This document shows positions 10,901 through 22,900 of a stretch of 64,000 nucleotides of DNA, in pieces; position 1 is the first letter of the stretch; every line of letters starts with the position of its first letter. The translations under genes were made by a program, and so were the position numbers. Location of the stretch: assembly GCA_977016875.1 (NCBI GenBank), contig CDRNST010000241.1:1054001-1118000 (forward strand), given 5' to 3'. Source of the stretch: Pavona decussata (lineage: Eukaryota). The notes below the pieces were generated by a model that did no database searches, was not told the origin of the DNA, and saw nothing but the letters and a program-made list of their open reading frames with translations.

Positions 10901-13900
10901 AATTTAGCCGTGATTCAGTGAGTACAATTTTTAAATTGGTTTTAAGTTGTGAAAATTGGCACTGTGTTAGTGGTTTTGTTTCTTTCGCTGATTTGACTTG
11001 GAAATCTTTTACTTGGGATTGGTTTATTAAAAACTATGCAAGTGTAATATTTTTTTTTACGACCGATCGGGAGCAGCTGTCGTCTGACATGGGAGAATGA
11101 TTTTGGAATCACTAAAACAGTTGCTGACGTCCGTCAATGGTGCAAATAACAAAGAGTCAAATTGTTTATCGTTATATGTGAGCAGCCAAGGCAAATATTT
11201 TCCAATCACGTTATTTTATTGAGTCAAAACCAGATGCCATACTCTACGCAAAAGAACAGCTCCCAGTCGCTTGCTCTGCGTGACTGGTACCAGCCGTATA
11301 AAGATAAAAACAAATCTCCAATTCGCTAAATTAAACACTTACAAAAAGATAAATACAATAAAATATAACGGTTGTTAGTGATCGCTTGGCTTATATAAAT
11401 TATAACTTTCTTCTTAACCATGGAACGCGCCTCTAACTTTTGAGTCTGCGGATGAAATCCTTAAGTATGAACGTTCATGTAAAAGCTACTGAGCTGAACT
11501 TTTGGGATGCGGTGCCGTTGGCTTTGCAATATTCGGTAATTCCACAGTGTGTGATGCGTGTTTTTTCCTGTCCGAGGAGGCAAGGGATGCTAATTTGCGG
11601 ATTTGATATCTGCCATTAAACACCAAGTCTTTAAAGCGCTTTGTTTCCGTTGCGTTTGGTCCGATTGACGTTGATTGTCTATATACGCCTGAGCAGGATA
11701 ATTTGTAATATTGGATTTAGCGGTTCATTACCACGCATTTAAGAGTTAAGTGGACAAATAGGGGCCTTTGTTATTAATGTTTTGTGTTGTTTTTTGCAGG
11801 ACTTGAACAAAGCGCTTGACGACGCATCTGAAAAAACACGCATCGCTGGCGATGCACTCTTGAGCCTACAAGACCCTTCCGCAGACATGGCAGCCGTACG
11901 CACACAGATGGATGCGCTGTCAAGTAGGGTGCATGCGTTGAAAGGCAAGATGACGCGGTTTGAGGAGCATTATGATGAGCACATGCGCAAAGCGACTGAG
12001 TTCCAGCTTGCTGTAGAACAGCTGCTTGCAAAGTTTGCCGGGAGAAAAGAACAGTTGCTTGCAGTCGAGGTTGACACCACTGATGGACAGGCGATCAAGA
12101 AGCGAATTGAAGAACTTGAGGTAAGTTTCACAAACTCCTTGAAGAATTTTCTCGTTACTCGTTATGGCCTTGCTGGCATGTTCAGTGACCAGCGTATTAT
12201 CTGTCTGCGAATAAGGAAAGAACATCTTGAACTGATAAAACCCTGGCTCTTCACGTTGGGAGCTAAGCAGGGGCTAACCACTCATTCCTATAATGGAAAA
12301 ATGGTCACAGAAATGCAGGCGAGAGATTCAAGTTTTCTGGGGGGTGGGAGGTAGGGCTCAGCTTAACTTCTGGGCGCAGTTGTTCAAAGCCCGCTGCCTT
12401 ATTTTTGACTTAGAATTTTCTTTACCATTAGCTTTAATTTAGCTATTAAGAACATTTTTATCGACCGAGGTGAAAACGTCGGTTAACTTTTAATCGGGGA
12501 TTAGCGTTAATCGGCTTTCGAGCAATCGGGCCCCGGCTGGTTACTAGAAGATTGAAACTGTTCGTACATTTTCCCACCTTTTTTCTCGGGTGATTTCTCT
12601 ATGAGCTGAAAGCTTAGTCGTAGTGAAGTAATCGAAAAGCGCCGTTGCTCATACATAACAATGTTGTTTGTTTTTGCAGGCTTTCCGTGAGGAGATCAGT
12701 AAACACAAGCCCTTACTCACCACAGCCACCTTAACTGGCGATTGGTTAATCAGAAATGCGCATAGATCCCACGCCTTGTAAGTAGCATCCTTTGCAAACT
12801 AGGTTACTAATTACCTTTAGCGCAGACGAGGCCAATAAAGTTATTGGTCTAGGACAAATTAACACTAACCCGCAGGCAGAAGTTACAAAAGGTTTTCTCT
12901 CCAAAGCGCTGTTCTCCGCTATTTTTGGACAGTAGTGTGGTGAGAAAGACCTTCCTGATGACCCGGAGCCTGTATCTCTCATACTAAGCAACACCCACAG
13001 TTCATTCATGTATGCCCAATCAAAGAAGAGCAGTGGGTATTAAATTGCCATACATCATACTGTTTCGCGGCCAAAGCAGTTATACAAATAATCTAGTCGG
13101 GGAAAAGTTGACTAAAGGAATTAAAACAGGTAGAGGCTCCTAGTTATTGGCTTTGTGACGTCACGAGGTGGGACAAAGAAAAAAAACCCCGAAGTCCCTA
13201 CCACTGAGCTACTGGGCTACCGGTGAGCTCGGCCCATTTAGAGTGGTTTTCAATCGAGAGCCGTAAACTGAGCAAAAACAAAGTTATTACTCTGACCAAT
13301 CACAACAGACATAAACAGCACAATGAACCAATTATAGTTCGAAACAAATACATTTAACCGGCAACGAGTGCGGGAAAACACGTGCGAGCGAGGCACGATT
13401 GGTTTTGGTTTGGCTTTCCTTTGATTGAGAAAATGGCGCGATCCTTTTCAACCAATCATAGAGCTCAGTAAAGGAAAAACAGCGTAAACGCGAAATTACT
13501 TTCGACACTCAATTGAAAGCCGTCACAAGTAATGCGTCTTGAATACTGCTCTAGCTTATTGATGTCAAAGTTGTCTCTTGTGGTGATAGCCTGGTCATAA
13601 CTTGTTCTGATAAGGTTTCATCGAGTGTTGGCAGGTATTACTTCATTGTAGCCCAAAGTTGCGAGAATGTTGATATTTGTCATTTACACAATTTGGGTTA
13701 ATTAAGGCGTAACATTTGTTTTAACGGCAAATTTCAGAAGCGCTGCGCACTGCGTCGTCCTTTATCGCCAAGAAAGGCGTGTTTTGGTTCAAGCTATGGC
13801 TTTTATCGCTAAGGTTTCTGAAAAAAATGTAAGGACCTTGATAAAAATTACTTTTTCGTCAATAGGTTACCAAATGGTGAACCGGAGAAGGAGGTTATTC

Positions 13901-16900
13901 CTCTCGATATCCAGGAAACATTGGATAGACTCAAGGAGAACTTCCATGATATGGAAGCGACAATTCGCCAACAGAGGCTATATCTTACTTCTCTGACGCT
14001 GCAACAGGTTAGTAGCTTTAACTCTTCATTCCTTAAAGTGCCCCTAACCCTTCAATTTGTTTTCTTTTGGTAGATTTCCATATCTTTCAAGAACTCATTT
14101 TCGAAAAAAGATTTGAGAAATATTGAATCCTTTTTTTTTTTACGAGCGCTAGAAGTGAAGGCAGTCTTGTCGATATTTTCACCTATCGTTCGCATTAGTC
14201 CCCCACTCGGCCAAATATGAAGCGTGACGTAAGAAAAGGACATCGTGCAAAAATATCCGAAGATTCGCGGTAATGCTTCAATTGTAAACAGAGAAAATGG
14301 ATGCAGCAACTCTCGAAATGTAGAGAAAGGAGTCAGCATGCATAAGAGGGGTGTCGAATGGTCCCATTCAATTTAAAAGTGCTCGCAAAAATTGGCCTTT
14401 GCTCGAATTGCTCGCAAAAATTAAACGGGTGCTCGCTTGCTCGTGCTCGCAAAATTTTTGCAACTGCTCGCATGCTCGCACTCTCGTTAACATGTACTCG
14501 ATTGCTCGAGATTTCGTTAATCCTATTAATAAAAGAGAGATTCCAGCTAGCGGAAAATTTACGAAGTGCTCGCTGCTCGCTATCTCTATTTTTCTAAAGT
14601 GCTCGCTGCTCGCCATCTGTATTTTCTAAAGTGCTCGCTGCTCGCAAGAAAAATTTGACAACTGCTCCTGCTCGCAAAAATAAACACAGTGCTCGCATGC
14701 TCGCAAATGCTCGCAAAGACCATTCGATACCCCTCATAAGATTCCTTCTGAATCCTTCTGGTGTCCTTTTCTTACGTCACAGTGTCAAATATCGGACGCT
14801 TCTCATTGGCTCGTTCCTAATGAGCCCACGAGAGAAAAATTTGTCCAGCGGGGCTTAAAGGGCGCAAAAATTTAAAAATTTCAGTAACTTTTAGCGCTCG
14901 TAAAATAAAAAGGATTCAATATTTCTCAAAAATTTTTTCGAAAATGAGTTCTTGAAAGATATGGAAATCTACCACAAGAAAACAAATTGTAGGGTTAGGG
15001 GCACTTTAAGCGCAGGAAAAGTACCCCAGGAAAGTACTGCTTAGTAGCTTCATTTGAATGATTACACTTCAGAATTTCATCCATAGACTCAAAAGTTAGA
15101 ACCATTTTCTACAGCATGATCAAACAGTACCATTAGAAAATACTGCTCGGTAGCTTTCATTTGAATGGTCACATCCCAGGATTTAATTCACATACTCAAA
15201 TGTTAGGACACCTTGTACATCATGCTGAACAGCACCACAGGTAACTCAGCTCTGTAAGTAATTATTTTTGCTTGAAAGGACATGTCTCCGATCAAGTCAC
15301 CATTTTGGTCTGACAAAACAAACATGTGGCAGGAGTCTATCAAAGTGTGATATATTGACGTTTACTTGCTTTTATTATACGTTTTGCAAAGATGATTAAA
15401 TTTCATCCTGCGATTATGTTTACTTTTTTTCTTAATTTATGCTATTAAAAAATGAAAATGAAACTATGTTAATTCACAGCATTGCACTGGAGAAAAAGAT
15501 AACAAAAAGAACCAGTGCACTGTCCAGTTTGCAGGCAAACTTTCACGACAGAACATCGTCTGTGGTGTATATTTTTTCTTCAGAGAGTAGGCGTGGGATT
15601 AGACTCAAAATGTATTTAAACACATGTACTCCTGTCAAAATTTGAGTGACAAAGTCAAACATATGATGTTCGTGTTCTCAAAATGATTTGCATAAAGTTA
15701 AACAAATTTAATTTATTACCTATAAATAATAAACGAAAAAATTAGGAAGATGAAAAGTAAAATTAAACGCAAAATTATATTTAATTTTTTAATCTTTTTT
15801 AGACGAGTTACTGAACCGAGTTGCTTTGAATTTCATTATGAAAGCGAGGCTTCGTGCAAACGAACCTAATTTTCATAAACAAATCCGCGCTATTACGGAT
15901 TCTCGCTATTAAGGACACTAACTCGCAGTCCCGAGGGTGTCCCGATAAAGGGAGTTGACTGTAGCGGAATTTATTTCAGTCAAATGTCTGTAATTTTTTT
16001 TTCGCCGGGAATTTAGCTGCTGTCCGTATTATTGGGGTGTCCGTAATAGCGAGGTGTCCGCAAAGCGAGAGTTACTGTACTGAAAGCTGTTTTATGTTAA
16101 TATTTCGGTATTTATTGCAGGAGAAAGTCTTCAATCTTCCAGTGGATCATCAGCCGGTACAGGAAGCCCTGAATCACTTCATCGCGTGGCTCTCCCGCGC
16201 GGAGGAAGTTGCTGCCAGTCATCCGCCTCTGAAAGCAGATCTCATCTCACTCAAGGAAGAAGAAATCGCTCACACGGTATGCTGCACTGTAGTACTTAAA
16301 GCAATTTATGAAACACGAAGGAGAGTGTTTAATCCGATTCCCAAAATACCGAGAAGTAAAAATTGAGGTGCACCCGAGTGTTTCTTTTTTTAACCAACTT
16401 CGAGGTGTTTAGAAATAACTTCTCAAAGGATAACTCTTGGATAACTCTTGGATAAAATAACTCTGGGAAAAAATTCAAAGCAAAAGTTCAGCAGATGTTA
16501 CGATAATTATGGTCACATTGCGAAACCTCCTTCACGTTGGGAGCGAAAGAATAAATGTGAACGCAACATTGGAGGAGGGGGAGCTCGTGATATATGGGCG
16601 AGATGTGGTTTTTTTGTGGTCTCAGTGTAGTGTTTCAACAAATTATGACTGCTATTGAAGGTATTCAGATGGTAGGCCTCGGCTTAGAAGTGTAAGTTCG
16701 TGTTTCGCGTACGGCCGTATTGTAAACAAATGCTTACACGAACTTCTTTTGGCTAGGCGACAATTAGCGGTACAATTTGAGGTTTCCCGAAGTGAAATTC
16801 AAGTCATCCCAGGTCAGCGCAAGTGTGCGCAAGTTTTGGTGGAATTGAAAAGAAGTTGAGGCATGCTCTCGACTTGTGTCTAATTGCGTTTGACGTTTAC

Positions 16901-19900
16901 CTTTTTACAGGCTGACAGACGAGATGTCCTAATGCATGAACCAAACTACAACAATGTTGTACACAAAACCACTGATTTCTTGCAATCCTCGGGGCCTGGG
17001 CCTGAGAGGGACGAGATAAGCGCTAAACTGGATGACGTCAAGATAAGATGGGAAGAACTTAAGAGAAAAACAAACGAAAGACATGCGCAGCTCGGGGACG
17101 TGTTACCGCTGGCTCAAAAGTACCACGACAACTCTCAGAACGTGAAGGACGTTGTTACGTTAGCAGAGACGGAGCTTGGATCGAACGTGGGTGTCTCTCC
17201 AGATGTGGAGATCGCAAAGCAAGAGCTGCAGAATATCAAGGTTTGAATGATGCACCTGTAGTTGTAAAACAAATGCAGTGTAAACACAAAACTTTATCGA
17301 ACGACGTTCCTTTCCGTGTTTCAGAAGATCCTTCAAAGTTTGTTTGTTGTTGTTGTGGTTTGTTTCTGTGAGCTTTGTTTACTTAATTTACTGCGTTATG
17401 AATGTGAATATATGAAAATTCATACATTTGAACTGCGGAAGAATGAATAAGTGAACCATCGTCGCAGTTATATACGCAACTTAAGCAGTTGTGAAAAAAA
17501 AAAAGCCTGAAAAAAAATTTTTGAAAAAAATTCCGGCTTGAACGGGATTCGAACCCATGACCTCTGCGATACCGGTGCAGTGCTCTACTAACTGAGCTAT
17601 TAAGCCAACTGGGAGCTGCTCATATTGTGAATTCGTAATATACCCGATAGGTGATTAGATGAAAGTGAATATATGAAAATTCATACATTTGAACTGCGGA
17701 GGAAATAATGAATAAGTGAATGATCATTACAGTTATATACGCAACTTATAACTGCGATGATCATTCACTTATTCGTTATTGGGTTGTTAACAAAAGTTGC
17801 TTGGCTTTCTCCAGGGTGTCTTGAAAGCTGTCGAGAAACGTGCTCACGACGTCAAACGGATGAACGAGCTTGGTGACGAGCTGGCTGACAGGCTCGACAA
17901 GTACAATGGGATGTCAAGCGAAGCACGCCACGATCAGCAAACAACCAATGAGCGTTACGAACGCATTCTACTGGAACTGCGCAACCGCGAGCAATTGATC
18001 GAGGCTCTTGTCAACTCCTCGGATCAGTTCACAACTGCGCTACAGGAGTTTGAGCTTGATTTGACTGGTGTGGACGCCGCCATCTTGGAGGAGACACCTG
18101 GAAATAATAGTGACACGCTAAAACGACAACTTGCTGAGCTTCAGGTACAAGGAATAGGTCACGCTTAATCACGTCAGATGACGTTAGGTCACGCTTTTTC
18201 CCCTCTATTTGTATTTGGGCTAACCAATTATAATGAATTGGAGTGGAGTGGGGATAGGTTACAGCAGGTTCAAGAGTCAGTATTTTAGTGGGCCGGGGTA
18301 TTTGTGTATTGGTGAGGTGGGGGTAGGGTTAGGTCCTTTATGCTTCAGGTGAAAGTGCTTCTTTATAAAAGTTAGGTGATAGAGCCATGTGTTTTGTCGG
18401 AGTAGGGTTAGTTACACTCTGTGTTTGAGTGGGGTAGGTTAGGGGTAGGTTGTAGTAGTTAGGTGGTAGAGCCAACTTCTTAGGAGGGTAAGGAGGAGTA
18501 GGTAGTTGTAGTTTGCATTTTAGTGGGTTGGGTTGAGTTCGGTTACAATGGTTTGCTGGTACGGACAGTTAGATCCTCTGTGTTGTAGTGGGGTAGGATA
18601 GGATAGGTTATAGCAGTAAAGGTGATAGAGCTGCAGGGTTTTAATTCAGTGGGGTAGATAGAAGAGCCCCCGTGTCTTAGATGAGTTGTGTTTTAATTGA
18701 GTGATGTAATCTGTTATGGTTATAATTTAGGTGAGGTAGGAAACAAAGCCTCCTTGTTTTATTGGTGTTGAGTAAGGTGGGGGATGGGGTTGATGGCATT
18801 TTTGGTGTAAAAGATGTTTGGTAGGTCTTTTTTAATTTATCTTTGCGCAAATCTTTTGCCAAGGTCTCCTTGTAAGTTAATCAGTGTAAATATGTTTTCA
18901 CAATGAGTTAGAAGAAGCAAATTTTGTTTCTACGCTTACCTTTTAGGTGACATTTTTTTCTTGTCTGTATAGAATTTGTAACAATTCCTTTCTCCTTAGG
19001 CTTCCAAACTTGCTCTAGCACAACGAAGACCTAAACTAGGTTCCCTTCAGTCCAGTGGACTGGCACTAATGCAGGACAACAAAGATAACGAGAAGTTCGT
19101 CGACTCAACCAAGTCCAAAGTCCAGAATGTGACAGATCTGTACTGCAGCATTGACGACAAACTCAAGGACCGCATCACGCATGTGCAAACTGCACTGTAC
19201 CGCTGCCAGGGGTTCAATGAAGCTCTGGACGACTTTGAAAGATGGTTGTATGATGCAGAGAGGCAGTTCCAGGCGCTTGGCGTGCTGTCAATCAAACCGA
19301 GAGTCATAAAGAAACAAGGGGCTGGGCTCAAGGTCAGTAATATTCAGTATTAATGGAAGAAAACAATACCTACTGTAACAAGAGTAGTTAGCCTGCGAGC
19401 AAGCTCTCTTCTTCGCCCACCGCTCTCGCTACATCCTCTCGCGGCTGACCAAATAGAGAGCTTGCTTGCAGGCTCGAGTTGTGTGCTTTTTTTCAAAGTG
19501 ATTTTAATGTTGTTTTGTTTTTGTGATAGCGCAATTTTGGTAGAAAATTGATGAAAACATACAGTTTCGGCCTTGATAGATCTTCAATTTTCGGAATTGT
19601 ACGTGATTTTTGGCACGCAATAGGTTAAAAGGTATATGCGTCATTTAATGAATGCAAAGTTATGGAAACGACCATTTCATTCTCAGGTAATAAAAGAGGA
19701 CGTTCATCTCCATGCTCCAATGTATGAAGACATTCACCAGCGAGGAATTGACATGCTAACACGCATAGACTCGGCGCCTGACAAACATCAGCTGCAGGTA
19801 AGACTACTGGATGTGGAAAACCGCTGGAAAAACCTCAAAGCGCAAATCGAGGAACGACAGAAGAACCTTGGTAGACTGGTGCCTAGTGTAGCTGGTTACA

Positions 19901-22900
19901 TGGAAGTACACGAGCAGGTGGTCACGTGGTTAAACGAGAGTGAGAGCAAGTTTGACCAGTTATTATCGGAGCTCAGTGACGTGACTGACATCACGGTCAT
20001 GGCAGATAAACAAGAACAGCTTAAGGTACAGAACTGCCGCGTGCAAATTCAAATGTGATGGTTTTGTTTTGGAGGTGGGACAAGAAGTAAAGAGTAGAAC
20101 GTATAGGGCCAGTTATTTAAACAGAGTCTAACTTAGGCCGCAGCTTAATACAATGAGCGGGCCTCCAAATTTGTTGATAAGTGGTTTATTTTGCGTAGAT
20201 AAATAGTTTTCTCGTCTGGGATGCAAGCCTTCTTGTTACTGTCAGCAGGAGACAATGTTTAGGCATGACTGTTGGCAAAATTGAAAATGACTTAGTAAGA
20301 ACGTGGTTTTGTTAAACATCGTCTAAACTGTCTTTTAATAACCGACCCATAGTGTCGGCATGTAAGACCACCGATGGACAAAGTAACAACGGCACCGACG
20401 GAAATTATAGTTTAAACGGCTTGTAGTTCAGTGGTCATACCTAAGCATTTGATCCTCAGAACAGTACCACGGTACAGTGCAGTTGATTAGTTTTAAGTTA
20501 AATGGTGACACTTCACACTCTAAAAATAGTTATCTCTAACAATGCAATAAACACTTCAACAGGAAAGTACCATTCAAAAGCTTTCATTTAAAAAGTATTA
20601 CCACACGGACTTTTGAGCTATATCTTACAACAACGTAATAAACATTTGAAATGGACATTCATCGGGAAAAAAAAGTTTATTCAAAATCAAGAGTTTTTAG
20701 ATCTGTTAATTTAAAGGTAATGTTTGGTTTTATTTTTTGAAATACCGATTTCGCGCAGTTCACATACTTCGTCAGCAATCTTTAACTAGATATTGAAGCG
20801 CGCGTTACATGCAGAAATGGGAAGGAGCTATCCCTTTGGTTAGTGCGTGTTGTGGTTGTTGAAGGATTTCATCCCCGAAATTGTAAGTTGCAACAAAATC
20901 ATACGACTTGAGGTTTGGGATTAGCAAGTTCAAAATACTATGATTGATTGATTAAAATGATTGACTTGCTGTTTGATTGACAGGCTTTGGTCGAGGCGTT
21001 GGAAAACCACAAACCTGTGTACCAGAATTTCCTTTCATCATCAGAGTCTTTGATTGGTGTGTGTCACGAGCTGTCAATCAACAATGATATTGTCATGGTG
21101 AGCAGTGGAACTGAGGAAGTTAAGAGACGCTGGGAAGCGTTCACTGCTAAAGTGCTTGGTAAAGAGAAGGAACTGAAGAATTCCAACAAGACGTTAGCGC
21201 TGGTATGTAAAACAGCTGTGTAATAAAAATTAACTACAAGTTTAGAGTCTTATATCAGCGGATACTGTATAGACAGTCGTTGGGTATGATGGGCTATAGG
21301 ATGTTCTGGTTAGCTCCCCGTTACCAAACCCCTAGTTCATATCACGCAGAAGAGATTCGCCCTTACTTTTTTCGACATACATTGGTTCTAAATATTCTTT
21401 GCAGCTAAGAATGTGGATTCAGATTGGTCACAGTACTTTGATTAAGAGTTTGTGAAAGAGGGCTGGTGGCTTTCATAAGCCGGGTAAAATAATTGATTTT
21501 GACTATTATATAATGCTCACCAGGCCAAATCATGTGGGCAGACCATCATTTTTCCATTGCAAGCACAGCCATCAATGAACCCGTAGAAAAGTAAAAAACA
21601 ACCAAGCAACTATAGGTGTTTTCGAAGCAAGGTAGAATACAAAGGAGGCGCTTCGCCGCTTGGCACTCGAAGATCACGTGATTCCTCTTTCTTGCGCAAA
21701 GTGCAGAGGCAAACTGGTAAACGCATAACCAAGGCGAGCAACATTTGATACAAGGAAACCTTCTTCAACTACACACTACATCCTCTGCTTGGTTGCGTTT
21801 TCTTAGCATTTCTATTTTCGTTGATTTTTTCCAGGTACAAGAAGTCATGCAGCCGATGCAGCAGGTGATGTCAGAAGCGGAAAGCATTCTGGCCACGGAG
21901 CCCAAGGTCGGCTTCAACATTGGACAGGCAAAGGAGGAACTCATCAAAGTCAACGTATGTAAACGCGAACATTTTGCACGGTAACAATCCTGCTGTTACG
22001 TTAACAAAGAATTTTGAACCATGGATTAAACATTTTCATTTTTCCTTGCAAACAGAAAATAATTGACGTGTTAGAAAAGACGGAAATCAAGCTGTTGCGA
22101 TTGTCCAAGCAGGTCACAAACAACGAGTATATCATCACCATCATTAAAGACAACCAGGTCATGCAGGTTAGAACGCAACTCTTTTTTTCAGCTTTTGAAT
22201 GGATCGGAGGCAGCGTGACCGAACGGTTAGGTCGCTGATTTCGCCACGTTGACGGTTGTAAGTAGCTAGCTTGTCTTCCTCCCGCCAGTTGCGGTATGTT
22301 AACTAAGTTATATTCTATTTCAAATACTTGTATGTGCCCGGTTTGTTTCATTATGCCTGAAAAGCCTCTCATAGCGAGGGGATAATTAATGGTGCTGTGA
22401 TTTCTCCACGCACATAACCCCTTTGTAAGTGCTAATCCTTTCAGTGGTTTAACGGCGTAGTGTCGTCCGGCAGGTGCGTTTGAAAGAGAGGAAGGTCAAG
22501 CTTGAGAAGTACATTCGGACCGTGGAGGTGTTCCAGGGAGCTGGGACGGAGATTGAAGTGAAGGTGATGGCTATCATGAGTTATGTGTCTGTTGAGATCA
22601 TTGTTACAGACTTGGAGAACATCCAGGACCAACTGCAACACGTACAGGTGTGTATTTGAAACGTATTAAATCAATCTTTGGTTACGTATGCCTCGTAGTA
22701 TGTACAAGCATGTATCCGCCATTGCCCAGTGGATCTGTCTCTAAAATGACGACCGCCAAATTGAAAACTTCAGCGGCTTAAAAAAACAAACCGGCACTTA
22801 AATTGTAGGCGTGCCCGTTCTGAATTTTGTAGCCGCCACACTTAAGAAAAGGGTTCAATAATCCCAACTTAAAAAAAGGAAAGTTGCTGAAAAAAACAAA

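Noticed and set aside
14037-14052. Telomere-like CCCTAACCCT / AGGGTTAGGG
   Set aside because: Part of the transposon TIR, fewer than two units.
14351-14858. Cluster of overlapping short ORFs
   Set aside because: Artefacts of the GCTCGC-rich MITE interior, with no transposase motifs.
17535-17606. Functional tRNA-Thr gene (also 28056-28127)
   Set aside because: Stem mismatches, a non-canonical anticodon loop, an altered T-loop in the second copy, and embedding in a larger repeated unit.
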